This document shows positions 47,449 through 57,715 of a stretch of 64,000 bases of DNA, piece after piece (the first letter of the stretch is position 1; each line of letters opens with the position of its first letter). The notes under the pieces are model-generated. The model was not told the origin of the DNA, searched no databases, and saw only the letters and a program-made list of their open reading frames with translations. Both the position numbers and the translations under genes were made by a program. The stretch is taken from the IMG/VR virus record IMGVR_UViG_3300024262_000018, positions 32,001 to 96,000 of that record. One strand, written 5' to 3'. Source of the stretch: a virus.

Positions 47449-48819
47449 ATGCAAAAAAATATGTTTTATAATAAAGATCATAATACCGGATTATCTGAAA
47501 CTGAAAAAAATATATTACTTAAAAATTGTAATTTAGAAGAATATAGAAAAGCAAATGGTCGAAGCTATTTAGAGACAAACGTATTAAAATCTTTTTTTAA
47601 AGACAAGAGTATATTCATTATAGCCTCAGATTGCCCCGCATACTCCCATAATCTACTGCAATTTAATATGAATGGTTTCTTCACATCCGAAGGTTTTTCT
47701 AAAGAGTGCGATTTTTCCATAAGAGATGAAGAGTTTATAACCCAATCAAGAAAATCTCAAGTTCAATATGATAATGAAAAATTCTTTGATGCATATTTCG
47801 AGGCATATCTATTCTATAAAAATAAAAAAGACAAGAAGATATGCGTAAAAATAGACAAAAGATATTCTTCAAATACATTCTATTATGAATTTTTCTCGAC
47901 AGAAGAAAATTGCGATCTTTTTCTTAAGTGGAAAGACTATAGCAAAGAAAATAATTTTTATAAGGGCAAAAAGCTCAATGCCGATTGTTCTTTCTTGCAA
48001 TTAAACAATGATATTGAGTGGGATGATATAATATTAGAACCAGCTATAAAAACAGTTATCCAAAATAATATCGAAAAACTATTCAGCGTATCCGATATTC
48101 TTAAAAAGAATGCTATCCAATTAAAAAGAGGTATAATATTATCTGGATGTCCAGGGACTGGAAAAACGCTTGTATGCAAAGTTTTATCTAAAGAACTTAA
48201 AACAACGGTTCTCTATGTGCTACCAACCCATATTCAAAGCAGAAATGATATAGCGACTATATGCGATATGGCTAAAGATCTAGCCCCAACACTTTTGATA
48301 TTAGAAGACATAGACTACATCGCCGAAGATAGAGAATCCCAGAATGGCTGGGCTGTTATTGATTTAATGAATAAAATGGATGGGTTGGAAGGTTTTGACA
48401 ATGTTATAACACTGGCAACAACGAACTTAATAACTAAAGTCGAAAATGCTATCAAAAACAGACCTGGCCGATTTGATAGGGTAATAACTCTAGATGTTCC
48501 TTCCCACGAATTAAAACTTAAAATGTTTAAAAAATTCACAGAAAATCTTATTCTGGACAAGACTGTAGACTTTAGCAAGATAGTCAAGAAAACCGAGAAA
48601 CTAAGCGGAGCCTATATAAAAGATCTTTGCATTACAGCAGCTCTAATCGCCCTTTATGATAATAGTATGTCAAAAGCTCAGATTATAATTGTGAAACAAA
48701 AACATTTTATAGAAGCATTAACAGAGATTAATAATAAAGATTTCTCCCAAGCAGTATCAAATAGGCCCAGTAGAGTTATGGGTTTTGGAGTAGAACCGGG
48801 AGATGATTGCTCGGGATAA
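47449..48819 (+). CDS. AAA+ ATPase
   Basis: GCPGTGKT, LILEDID, ATTN, RPGRFDR. Confidence 0.92.
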   Translation: MQKNMFYNKDHNTGLSETEKNILLKNCNLEEYRKANGRSYLETNVLKSFFKDKSIFIIASDCPAYSHNLLQFNMNGFFTSEGFSKECDFSIRDEEFITQSRKSQVQYDNEKFFDAYFEAYLFYKNKKDKKICVKIDKRYSSNTFYYEFFSTEENCDLFLKWKDYSKENNFYKGKKLNADCSFLQLNNDIEWDDIILEPAIKTVIQNNIEKLFSVSDILKKNAIQLKRGIILSGCPGTGKTLVCKVLSKELKTTVLYVLPTHIQSRNDIATICDMAKDLAPTLLILEDIDYIAEDRESQNGWAVIDLMNKMDGLEGFDNVITLATTNLITKVENAIKNRPGRFDRVITLDVPSHELKLKMFKKFTENLILDKTVDFSKIVKKTEKLSGAYIKDLCITAALIALYDNSMSKAQIIIVKQKHFIEALTEINNKDFSQAVSNRPSRVMGFGVEPGDDCSG

Positions 48820-48973
48820 TAAACAAAAATCTTTTTTTTAAAATCTTCAATTCTTCGTCCTACAAGTGCTTATAATAACTCCTATTTTTTCTAAGAGATT
48901 GAAAGAAAGGAATGATTTTACACTGTTTGTAAGTTCAAAATAACATATATTTTTAATAAACTTTGGAGAAAAA

Positions 48974-51900
48974 ATGACAGAAACGATCAGCGATAATAAA
49001 ACAAATCAATTTATAAACATGCCCGAGGTAGAAATAACTACAAGATTTGAAGATGTAAAAACCCAAACGACTGAAGATTATTTCCAAAATAATCAATTTT
49101 CTATTGACGCTTTTAATAAAAAATATACGCTATTCGATGGCGAGACATACGTTATGGCAATAAAAAGAGTATGTGATTTTATCGCTTCAGCAGAAAAGAC
49201 TAATAAACTAAAAACATATTGGTCAAACCGATGGTTTGATGAAATATATAATGACTGGTGGCACCCGGCAGGAAGCATAATGCAGGGAGCCGGATCAGAA
49301 AAAAAAATAAGCTTATCAAATTGTACGTGCATCTCCTTGGGTAATGAAAGACCAGATGAAGAGTGGGATAATCTAGAGTCTATTATTAAAAATTCGTCTT
49401 ATGCTATAGCTAAAACCGCTGCTTATCGGCAAGGTTTAGGCATAGACTTCTCTCGCCTCAGGCCCAACAAAGCAAAAATAATGAACTCAGCAAACGAAGG
49501 GCAGGGCTGCACTCATTGGATGAAGTTTGCCGATTCTATTGGATATTATGTGGGACAAAAAGGAAGAATTCCTGCATTTTTATTTTCACTAAAATGCTCC
49601 CACCCAGATGTAGAAGAGTTTATAAAAATAAAATCCGATTATACAAAAATTCAAAATGCTAATATATCAGTACAATGCACAGATGATTTCTATAAGGCTA
49701 TAGAAACTAATTCAGACTGGGATCTATCTTTTGAAATCCCAGAAGTTAAAATAGGACAAAAAGTTTATATTGACATTCATAGTACAGACATGGATAGTCA
49801 GTATGATAAAAAGAAAAAGAGATGGTATTATATCGCAAAAAAACATCGTCCTTTCGAAAAAATTTCCAAGAAGGTTAATGCTAAAGAACTTATGGAGCTT
49901 ATCGCAAAATGCATGCATGCTAATGCTGAGCCAGGAATACAAAATATAGATATAGCAAGAAAATATTCAAACTCAGATTATGTTTATAATCCGGAAGATA
50001 TATATGATAGTAGAATAGTAGGAACAAATGCCCCTCTTATCGGCTCTACAAAAATTCCTACTAAAAACAAAATCACTACCATTAAAGAATTGTATGAAAA
50101 GTATGAGCAAGGAAATAATATTGAGTTAATATCTGACACTATTTCGTCTTTGCCCAAAGGGCATATTGATTGGCTGCAAAACAAAAATCAGAGAGGAATA
50201 AATTATTTCCCAACACAAACATTCCCCGTCCCAGCAAAAATTAAAAAATTCCCAAACCAAAAAGTTTGGAAAATTGTTTTGTCTAATCAAAAAGAGTTGT
50301 TCTGCAACGGAGAGCATTCATGGTTGGTTAATGGGGAAATGACACCAACTAAGAATATCAAAGCTGGAGATAAGATGTTCTCTCCCAACGGCGGGGTAGT
50401 TGATGCTTATGGTATTGAACCCAATTTTGAGTCTCAACCTTTTAAAGATGGCGAATTAATTGGGTATATTGTTGGTGACGGCTGGATAGGAAAGAAAAGC
50501 AATATACATAATGAATCTATTGGTATTGTTTATGACGAAGATTGTGAATATTACAGTAAATTATTCAGAAAGAAATTTTTTGAAATAACCGGAACATCTT
50601 TAAATTACGAAAGAGATAGAGGGAAGATTAAAGAAGTTAGAACAGAAAGCACTAAGTTTGTACAATGGGTAAAGTCATTTGGTTTTGATAAAAACAAAAA
50701 CCATACTCCTGCACGATGCTTTGAAGATATTGATTTTTGCAGAGGTTTTCTTAGAGGCTTGTTCCAAGCAGATTCTCATGTAGAGCTTAGTAAACGTCAA
50801 AGTCGCGTAACCTTAACATCTGTTTCTAAATCATTAATTTTAGATGTAGAATCGTTGTTGTCTAATTGGTTTGGTATTTATCCTACGATTAAGGAATCAG
50901 AGTGTAGAGGAGTCCCATACGGAGATGGGAAAATCAGTAATGCAAAAAATAGATTCGATTTACGTTTCGGAAGATATGATTTTATTGATAAATTTACAAA
51001 AAATGTAGGATTGATAGGTAAAAAGGGCGAGAAGTTATTTGCTGCATTAAAAAATAATAATCAAAGAAATATTCGTAATTTCAAATTAGTCACTTCAGTA
51101 GAAGAAACAGATGATGTCCAAGATATGTACTGTGCTGTTGTTGATGGCATTCATTCCTTTGTTGCAAATGGATGTTTGTCCTCAAATTGTTCCGAGCAGT
51201 ATCTTTCGCGCGATGGGCTTTGCGTTCTATCTTCTGAAAATATGGGGAGATTCGATACGGATCCGGAGATCTATGAAAAGCAACAGGAACGAATTTCCTA
51301 TTCAATGAATAGATTTCTTGATGATGTTAATACAATGGAAATAAAGAGCGGGACTTATGCAACGCCATTTCAAAAAATAGGTATAGAAAAACTTAGAAGA
51401 ACAGGAGCGGGGGTTACTAACATAGATGGGTGGCTGTTTAAAAAGGGATTACAATATGGAACACCTGAAGCTAATGAGGCCGTGGCTAAATTAATAGAAA
51501 CGTTTAACTATTACCTTTATAAGTCTTCGATAGAAATTGGAAAAGAAAAAGGTAGTTTCGGGTTATTTGATAGGTCTAAATTCGAAAAATCTCCATTTAT
51601 AAAAAGAATGATTGAAAAAGGTTTAATTTTTGAAACTATAAGAAATTGCACGTGCTCAAGCATCGCTCCAACAGGTACGATCTCTCTTATGTTTCGAGGG
51701 CTTGTTTACTCGTATGGAATAGAGCCGTCTTTTGGTGTCTATTTCTGGAAACGAACGAGGATGTCTGGCAACTATGAATATTATTTTTATGTTCCATATG
51801 TTGTAAGAGAACTATTAAAGAAATCAGGAATAAACCTCCCGATGGAAGGAGACTGCATAAAGGACACTATCGACGGGAAATACGGAAAACCAATTGCTAA

Positions 51901-52816
51901 AATAATAGACGAGGAGCTAAAAAATATAAATTTTAACTTTAAAGAATCTACCGAAATAAAAGCAATGGACAAATTAGATCTCATGGCAAAGGTTATGAAA
52001 TGGATAGATTCATCTATCTCTGTCACTTATATGTTGCCAGAAAATTCAAAATGGCAAGATGTATATGATTTTATTATAGAAGCCCATAAAAAAGAAGTTA
52101 AAAGTATTGCGTGTTTTCCTGATAAAAAAATGTATGGTATAGTCTCACTAATTCCATTTTTAGATTTAGCAGTAAATCTTACGAACGAAGGTGTAGAAAT
52201 ATCAGATCAAAATTTCTCCGAAGATGAGATAGATTTGTTAAAAAAACTGACAAATAGATATCAAGAGGAAAATGTCGAAAATAAAATAATAAAAACAACC
52301 GCTCCGAAACGCCCAAAATTACTTCCCTGCGATATGCATCACATTAAAGTTACAAAGAAATTAGACAAAATAAGAACTTTTGATTATATTGTGTTCGTAG
52401 GTCTATTACACAACAATCCATACGAAGTTTTTGTTATGGAAAATGGACATATTAATAAAAAACACAAACAAGGAACAATAACTAAAAAGAAAAGAGGAGT
52501 TTATGGTGCGAATTTTGATGAGGAATCGATTGAAGATATAACATCTAATTCTTCCGAAACAGAAGATATTTTAACCCGCCTTGTCTCTACAAGTCTTAGG
52601 CATGGGGCAGATATAGCCTTTATTGTAGAACAACTTGAAAAATCAGAAGGAGATCTATTCTGTTTTTCAAAAGCGATAAGTAGAGTACTAAAAAAATATA
52701 TAAAAGACGGATCTGTTGTAAACGGAATAAGTTGTCAAAAGTGTGGGGGTAAAAATATGATTAGACAATGTGGGTGTGCTGTCTGTGGAGATTGTGGATA
52801 TAGCAAATGCGAATAA
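48974..52816 (+). CDS. nrdJ: class II (adenosylcobalamin-dependent) ribonucleotide reductase with intein and C-terminal Zn ribbon
   Basis: SLSNCT, GIDFSRLRP, ANISV, AEPG, TNA|CSE, IAPTGTIS, DSSISVT, terminal CxxC..CxxCGYSKC. Confidence 0.9.
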   Translation: MTETISDNKTNQFINMPEVEITTRFEDVKTQTTEDYFQNNQFSIDAFNKKYTLFDGETYVMAIKRVCDFIASAEKTNKLKTYWSNRWFDEIYNDWWHPAGSIMQGAGSEKKISLSNCTCISLGNERPDEEWDNLESIIKNSSYAIAKTAAYRQGLGIDFSRLRPNKAKIMNSANEGQGCTHWMKFADSIGYYVGQKGRIPAFLFSLKCSHPDVEEFIKIKSDYTKIQNANISVQCTDDFYKAIETNSDWDLSFEIPEVKIGQKVYIDIHSTDMDSQYDKKKKRWYYIAKKHRPFEKISKKVNAKELMELIAKCMHANAEPGIQNIDIARKYSNSDYVYNPEDIYDSRIVGTNAPLIGSTKIPTKNKITTIKELYEKYEQGNNIELISDTISSLPKGHIDWLQNKNQRGINYFPTQTFPVPAKIKKFPNQKVWKIVLSNQKELFCNGEHSWLVNGEMTPTKNIKAGDKMFSPNGGVVDAYGIEPNFESQPFKDGELIGYIVGDGWIGKKSNIHNESIGIVYDEDCEYYSKLFRKKFFEITGTSLNYERDRGKIKEVRTESTKFVQWVKSFGFDKNKNHTPARCFEDIDFCRGFLRGLFQADSHVELSKRQSRVTLTSVSKSLILDVESLLSNWFGIYPTIKESECRGVPYGDGKISNAKNRFDLRFGRYDFIDKFTKNVGLIGKKGEKLFAALKNNNQRNIRNFKLVTSVEETDDVQDMYCAVVDGIHSFVANGCLSSNCSEQYLSRDGLCVLSSENMGRFDTDPEIYEKQQERISYSMNRFLDDVNTMEIKSGTYATPFQKIGIEKLRRTGAGVTNIDGWLFKKGLQYGTPEANEAVAKLIETFNYYLYKSSIEIGKEKGSFGLFDRSKFEKSPFIKRMIEKGLIFETIRNCTCSSIAPTGTISLMFRGLVYSYGIEPSFGVYFWKRTRMSGNYEYYFYVPYVVRELLKKSGINLPMEGDCIKDTIDGKYGKPIAKIIDEELKNINFNFKESTEIKAMDKLDLMAKVMKWIDSSISVTYMLPENSKWQDVYDFIIEAHKKEVKSIACFPDKKMYGIVSLIPFLDLAVNLTNEGVEISDQNFSEDEIDLLKKLTNRYQEENVENKIIKTTAPKRPKLLPCDMHHIKVTKKLDKIRTFDYIVFVGLLHNNPYEVFVMENGHINKKHKQGTITKKKRGVYGANFDEESIEDITSNSSETEDILTRLVSTSLRHGADIAFIVEQLEKSEGDLFCFSKAISRVLKKYIKDGSVVNGISCQKCGGKNMIRQCGCAVCGDCGYSKCE
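50033..51187 (+). mobile_element. class 3-type intein with LAGLIDADG endonuclease
   Basis: starts PLIGST, block B CNGEHSW, block F MYCAV, ends LSSN|C; removal restores TNACSE; 385 aa. Confidence 0.8.
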
Positions 52817-52829
52817 AAGGAGATTGGTA

Positions 52830-53339
52830 GTGAAAAACTTAGATAAACAAACAAATATTATTAAATTTAAAAAGTTAGATAAAAAGGCAATTATTCCAAA
52901 GTATCAAACTGCGGGATCGGCGGGATTCGATTTTCATGCCGTTATAGATAAGATAAGATATCACGGAGAATTACCCGAAGAGGGCAAAAATGACATTGAA
53001 ATCAAACCGGGACAGCAAGCTATTATAAAAACAGGGTTATCGGTAGAAATACCTCAAGGTTGGCAGATGGAGATAAGACCACGATCTGGCCTAGCCTTCA
53101 AGCATAGTATCACTATTACAAATGCCCCCGGCACAATCGATTCAGACTATGTTGATAGCGAAATAAAAATTATCCTTTATAACCTTGGAACTGAAGATTT
53201 TATTGTTAAACAAGGAGATAGAATTGCTCAAGGAGTAGTTATGCCAGCCCCGCAATTCAAAATAGAAGAAATTCAAGACTTTTCAGAAGAAGCATTAAAA
53301 AGAAATCGTAATGGTGGTTTTGGCTCAACCGGAAAATAG
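52830..53339 (+). CDS. dut: trimeric dUTPase
   Basis: GSAGFD, RPRSGLA, GTIDSDY, GDRIAQ, RNGGFGSTG; GTG start after AAGGAG. Confidence 0.95.
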   Translation: MKNLDKQTNIIKFKKLDKKAIIPKYQTAGSAGFDFHAVIDKIRYHGELPEEGKNDIEIKPGQQAIIKTGLSVEIPQGWQMEIRPRSGLAFKHSITITNAPGTIDSDYVDSEIKIILYNLGTEDFIVKQGDRIAQGVVMPAPQFKIEEIQDFSEEALKRNRNGGFGSTGK

Positions 53340-53412
53340 TTAAATTTCCCAAAGGAAATCTATTGTCTCTAGAGTATCAGATATAATGGTCTAATATTTT
53401 GGAGATAAATTT

Positions 53413-54339
53413 ATGAATAATGTAAATTGCACAACTTGTAATAAAGAGTTTAATGTATATCCATCCCGTTTCGCTTCTAGAAAAAATTTCTTTTGTTGTA
53501 AAAAATGTGAAGCTATATATACCAGCGAAACACGATCTCAAAAAATAAAATGTAATTGTATTATATGTAAAAAAGAGATAAAAATAAAACTTTCTCAATT
53601 CAACCGCAGGAACAGAAACCAAGAAATAACATGTTCTACAAAATGTATGGGTATACATCGACAAAATAAATATACAGGAAGAAATAATCCTAATTGCAGA
53701 TATAATTTAGACGATAATTTTTTCAACAAAATAGATTGCCAGAAAAAAGCCTATATTTTGGGATTTATTGCAAGTGACGGAACTGTTGCTAAAAATAATG
53801 CTATAACAATTTCAATAAAAAAAATAGATATAGATATCCTTGAAAAAATGCGAGATTTTATTTTAAAAGACCTACCTATAGCCTATGGCAGTGCTTCAAA
53901 AAAAGATTTTGTTACTTTAAGACTCTGCTCAAAACAGATGTCAAAAGACATATGTAAATGGCTAAAAATACATCCTGGTAAAAAAGACTTTATAGTACAA
54001 CTGCCAAACTTAGATAAGGAAATGCAATGGCATTTTTTAAGAGGGTATTTTGATGGAGATGGGAGTGTCGGTATAAAAAAACGACGATACAAAGATAAAA
54101 TGCATTTATATTTAACTTCTAACATCGCATCAACCTCAATAGAAATTAAACAACAAATTAAAGAACTAGTAGGATTCGGGGGAGTTTATGCTATGGCAAT
54201 ATACTGGTCGCATAGTCAATCTATGAACTTTTTAAGTAGATTATATAAAAACTCTTCTATTCAAATGAACAGAAAATATAACAGATATCAAGAATGTCTA
54301 AAAATTACAGATAAAAGGTTAAAAGAAAGCATAATATAA
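53413..54339 (+). CDS. free-standing LAGLIDADG homing endonuclease with N-terminal Zn ribbons
   Basis: AYILGFIASDG and HFLRGYFDGDG motifs. Confidence 0.88.
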   Translation: MNNVNCTTCNKEFNVYPSRFASRKNFFCCKKCEAIYTSETRSQKIKCNCIICKKEIKIKLSQFNRRNRNQEITCSTKCMGIHRQNKYTGRNNPNCRYNLDDNFFNKIDCQKKAYILGFIASDGTVAKNNAITISIKKIDIDILEKMRDFILKDLPIAYGSASKKDFVTLRLCSKQMSKDICKWLKIHPGKKDFIVQLPNLDKEMQWHFLRGYFDGDGSVGIKKRRYKDKMHLYLTSNIASTSIEIKQQIKELVGFGGVYAMAIYWSHSQSMNFLSRLYKNSSIQMNRKYNRYQECLKITDKRLKESII

Positions 54340-54428
54340 TGCCAGCTCCTATTTTCTCTATAATAGAAGTTGATGAATTAACAGAAACCGAAAGAGGAAC
54401 AGTAGGCTTTGGATCTACTAGAAAATAA
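54339..54428 (+). pseudogene. displaced duplicate 3' end of dut
   Basis: MPAPIFSIIEVDELTETERGTVGFGSTRK* vs MPAPQFKIEEIQDFSEEALKRNRNGGFGSTGK*. Confidence 0.85.
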
Positions 54429-54453
54429 TAACTAAATAATAATGATTTATACT

Positions 54454-54480
54454 AAAAAGCCCCTTTTGGGGCTTTTTATT
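54454..54480 (+). terminator. intrinsic terminator
   Basis: AAAAAGCCCC-TTTT-GGGGCTTTTT. Confidence 0.85.
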
Positions 54481-54664
54481 TATCAGCAATTTTTAATTCC
54501 ATTTATAGAGGATTTTCTTATTTTTTAACGAACTATTATAGCAATAGTATACTGTCCTCTAATCAAAAGTCTAACATAGAGCGTACGTAGTATAAGTCTC
54601 TTAGCGGTCAGAAACACTATATTTATATTTTTAATAAACCCGAACCGATTACGGAACCATAACG

Positions 54665-56857
54665 ATGGCAGATAACTCTTCAAGTTCAAGCTCTTTAGGA
54701 GTTTCTAGTTCTTCTAGTTCTTCTAGTTCTTCTAGTTCTTTAGGAATTTCAAGTTCTTCAAGTTCTTCGAGTTCTTTGGGCGTTTCTAGTTCAAGTTCAT
54801 TTGGAGTTTCAAGCTCTTCAAGTTCTTCTTCAAATTCTTCAAGCTCAGGATTGGTAGATTTAAGGATTCATGCGACTCGTTCTATTGATTCTAAATTATC
54901 TTTATCTAAAGAGAAGCCTATATTTTTACAAGAGCCCATAGCAACTATAAGATCCCTTTTTTATGGCGATATGAAATCTTTCAGAAATGCAAATTGCGAA
55001 GACAATACTCCAGTTAAATTTATTGCTGTGTATGGAGCATCTTTACCAGCCCCGCTCGTGGAAAGCACAATATACTATACAACTGAGCTCGTGGACACCT
55101 CCTCTATATATGTAAGATATATTCCGGACGGACCAACAGTTGCATTTTCAGCAGATCCACCGTCGCAAACACTAGCTCCCCCGGGGGCTATAGAAATGTA
55201 TCCTGCTAGCGGGGAATATGCTTATAATACAGATTGCTGGTTAAATGGATTAGATATTTCGAGTATTAGCCCCTGGAATAGTAATGAAACATATTCTTAT
55301 CGCGGGGCAGGAACACTAATAAGCCCAAGACATGTTCTTTTTTCTCAACACGTCTTAAATCCTATTGTCGGTGATTATATGCATTTTGTATCTCAAGACG
55401 GAACTGTAACTAGACGGCAATTGACTGGTTTTCTGTCGCACCCAGATTATGTAGCTTATTATCCTGATATTAAAATTGGATTACTTGAATCAGACGTGCC
55501 TTCAACAATTTCTTTTGCGAAAATATTACCGGATAACTGGCAAAATTATTTTATCCCTGATGTCAGAGGAGATAAATATTTACTATCTGATCTTCCGATC
55601 CTATTGACCGATCAAACCAACAAAGCACTAGTTTGGGATATAGACTATATGGGTTCGTGGTACGGAATGTATCAAAACGAGCTAAAAACGAAAGTCCCAA
55701 CAGATCCTTTGCGATATTTTTTCTGCGAAGATAGCATTCCTGGCGACTCTGGCGAGCCATTGAGTCTAATAATAAATAGCGAGGTAGTGATTTTAAGCAC
55801 AATAACATTTGGAACGACTGGAATTCTCGGAGACACGCCAGCAGATGAGCAAATTTATGGAACAGATATCACTCATTTTAAAGATGATATAAATACAATG
55901 ATGGATACTCTTGGTGGAGGATATCAACTTACTGAAATAGATTTAAGTGATTTTTTTGATTATACTACAATGTCTTCCAGTTCAAGCTCTTTAGGAGTTT
56001 CTAGTTCTTCAAGTTCATTAGGAGTTTCCAGCTCAAGTTCATTAGGAGTTTCTAGTTCAAGTTCATTAGGAGTTTCCAGTTCAAGTTCATTAGGAGTTTC
56101 TAGTTCTTCAAGTTCATTAGGAGTTTCTAGTTCTTCAAGTTCATTAGGAGTTTCAAGTTCAAGTTCATTAGGAGTTTCAAGTTCTTCAAGCTCTTTGGGC
56201 ATTTCAAGTTCTAGTTCATTAGGGGTTTCCAGTTCAAGCTCTTTAGGAGTTTCTAGTTCTTCGAGTTCTGTAGAGGTCTCCAGTTCTAGCTCATTAGGAG
56301 TTTCCAGCTCAAGTTCATTGGGAGTTTCCAGTTCTTCCAGCTCATCAAGTTCATCTGGAGATGACGATATACTGGTTTTTCCACTAGAATTGTATACAAC
56401 TATAAACACAGATATTATGAGGCTAATTGGAGAAGACAACGATGAATTTTTGATTCGTTTAAATTCCAGAACTACCATAATAATAATTGACGGAGATACG
56501 CTAGAATGGTATAATCCGGTAACAGGTTATACTATTATATTGTCTTTAGAAAACGATACAGATTTTATGCATATTATAGATAGAAATTGTTATATGCAAC
56601 TTTTATCAATTAACCCATTTAGAATAATATTTTATTTACAGGGAATAAATTGCAATAATGAGCATCTAACGCAAGATTTAACAGCAGATTTGACGGATGA
56701 CTTAAATGGAATAAATGAAGAAAGCCCACCCAAATTGTGGAGTTCTTATAATGAAGACTATAAAAATTGGTTACATTTTAAGATTCTTGCTAAACAAGGG
56801 GTTATTTGTACTAGCGAGATTCCAAACGAACCAAAAATAGAAGAATATACCGGATAA
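54665..56857 (+). CDS. Ser-rich repeat protein with trypsin-like protease domain
   Basis: SSSS(S)LGV repeats flanking GTLISPRHVLFSQH / PDIKIG / GDSGEP triad motifs. Confidence 0.75.
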   Translation: MADNSSSSSSLGVSSSSSSSSSSSSLGISSSSSSSSSLGVSSSSSFGVSSSSSSSSNSSSSGLVDLRIHATRSIDSKLSLSKEKPIFLQEPIATIRSLFYGDMKSFRNANCEDNTPVKFIAVYGASLPAPLVESTIYYTTELVDTSSIYVRYIPDGPTVAFSADPPSQTLAPPGAIEMYPASGEYAYNTDCWLNGLDISSISPWNSNETYSYRGAGTLISPRHVLFSQHVLNPIVGDYMHFVSQDGTVTRRQLTGFLSHPDYVAYYPDIKIGLLESDVPSTISFAKILPDNWQNYFIPDVRGDKYLLSDLPILLTDQTNKALVWDIDYMGSWYGMYQNELKTKVPTDPLRYFFCEDSIPGDSGEPLSLIINSEVVILSTITFGTTGILGDTPADEQIYGTDITHFKDDINTMMDTLGGGYQLTEIDLSDFFDYTTMSSSSSSLGVSSSSSSLGVSSSSSLGVSSSSSLGVSSSSSLGVSSSSSSLGVSSSSSSLGVSSSSSLGVSSSSSSLGISSSSSLGVSSSSSLGVSSSSSSVEVSSSSSLGVSSSSSLGVSSSSSSSSSSGDDDILVFPLELYTTINTDIMRLIGEDNDEFLIRLNSRTTIIIIDGDTLEWYNPVTGYTIILSLENDTDFMHIIDRNCYMQLLSINPFRIIFYLQGINCNNEHLTQDLTADLTDDLNGINEESPPKLWSSYNEDYKNWLHFKILAKQGVICTSEIPNEPKIEEYTG
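55970..56355 (+). repeat. coding tandem repeat (SSSS/SSSSSS-LGV); shorter copy at about 54677-54848
   Basis: imperfect 24/27-nt units such as TTAGGAGTTTCTAGTTCTTCAAGTTCA. Confidence 0.85.
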
Positions 56858-57233
56858 GAAAATATTTATTTTTCTTTAAGCTTTGAATTGTTTATGCCGA
56901 AGTACATATTAACAAAGCAGATTGTTCTTACTTATTCGGGTTTTACTTGTACTGTAAGGCATAGCCGAAAGTGAAAATCCAGTTGCCGTTAATGTTATAA
57001 TACAAAGACGACTATAAAAGTATTATAATGAAGATTTCTGATAAATTGGGCGAGTTTCCAACAGGAATCCTACTTTGAACGGTGTCGTCAAGACCTAATA
57101 AGTATGCATTCGATTATATTCTTATTTTTCCACTTCCTATAAGGGGATTTTCTACCTATTTTTTTCTCCGGTGTACACTGAGTACATAGAGTACATAAAA
57201 AAATATTTAAAAAATAATAAAAAAGAAACTACT

Positions 57234-57259
57234 AACCGTTCTTGAAAAGAACGGTTTTT
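57234..57259. terminator. hairpin terminator between convergent genes
   Basis: AACCGTTCTT-GAA-AAGAACGGTT followed by TTT. Confidence 0.65.
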
Positions 57260-57276
57260 GCGAGCGAAGCGAGCTT

Positions 57277-57642
57277 TTAAACGATAGGAAGTTCTACATT
57301 TCCAGATAAAACTTTATTTAATTGATATAATGAATAAATTTCAGCATCAAAACACCCGAAAACAATTAAAGTTTTATTTGATGTTTCAAAGAAATCTTTA
57401 ATAATATCTTTTTGTGTTTTATTTGCTGGTTTTGTTAGTTGTATATTTAATTCTGAATCTTTTGTTTTAATGATGCGAATATAATTATTTTCAAAAGCAA
57501 TTCTATAATACAGGATGGTTTTATCTTCTACAAACGGTATGTTAAATATTTTTGCAATACTGTGAGCATGATCCTGCGCTGGAGATGTTATAAGCTGTCC
57601 ATCAGGAGATAACCAATAACCAATATCTACATTATCTTTCAT
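57277..57642 (-). CDS. hypothetical protein
   Basis: GYWLSPDG..H motif, 121 aa. Confidence 0.55.
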   Translation of the reverse strand: MKDNVDIGYWLSPDGQLITSPAQDHAHSIAKIFNIPFVEDKTILYYRIAFENNYIRIIKTKDSELNIQLTKPANKTQKDIIKDFFETSNKTLIVFGCFDAEIYSLYQLNKVLSGNVELPIV

Positions 57643-57715
57643 ATTTTCTATTTCCTATTATCTTAGTGTTCTATTTGCTTCAATAAATACCTTTTGATTT
57701 TTTTAAAAATAAATA

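Noticed and set aside
55960-56478. CRISPR array, or the minus-strand ELELETPN protein
   Set aside because: Repeats are imperfect, spacerless and in frame with the Ser-rich CDS; the minus ORF is its antisense shadow
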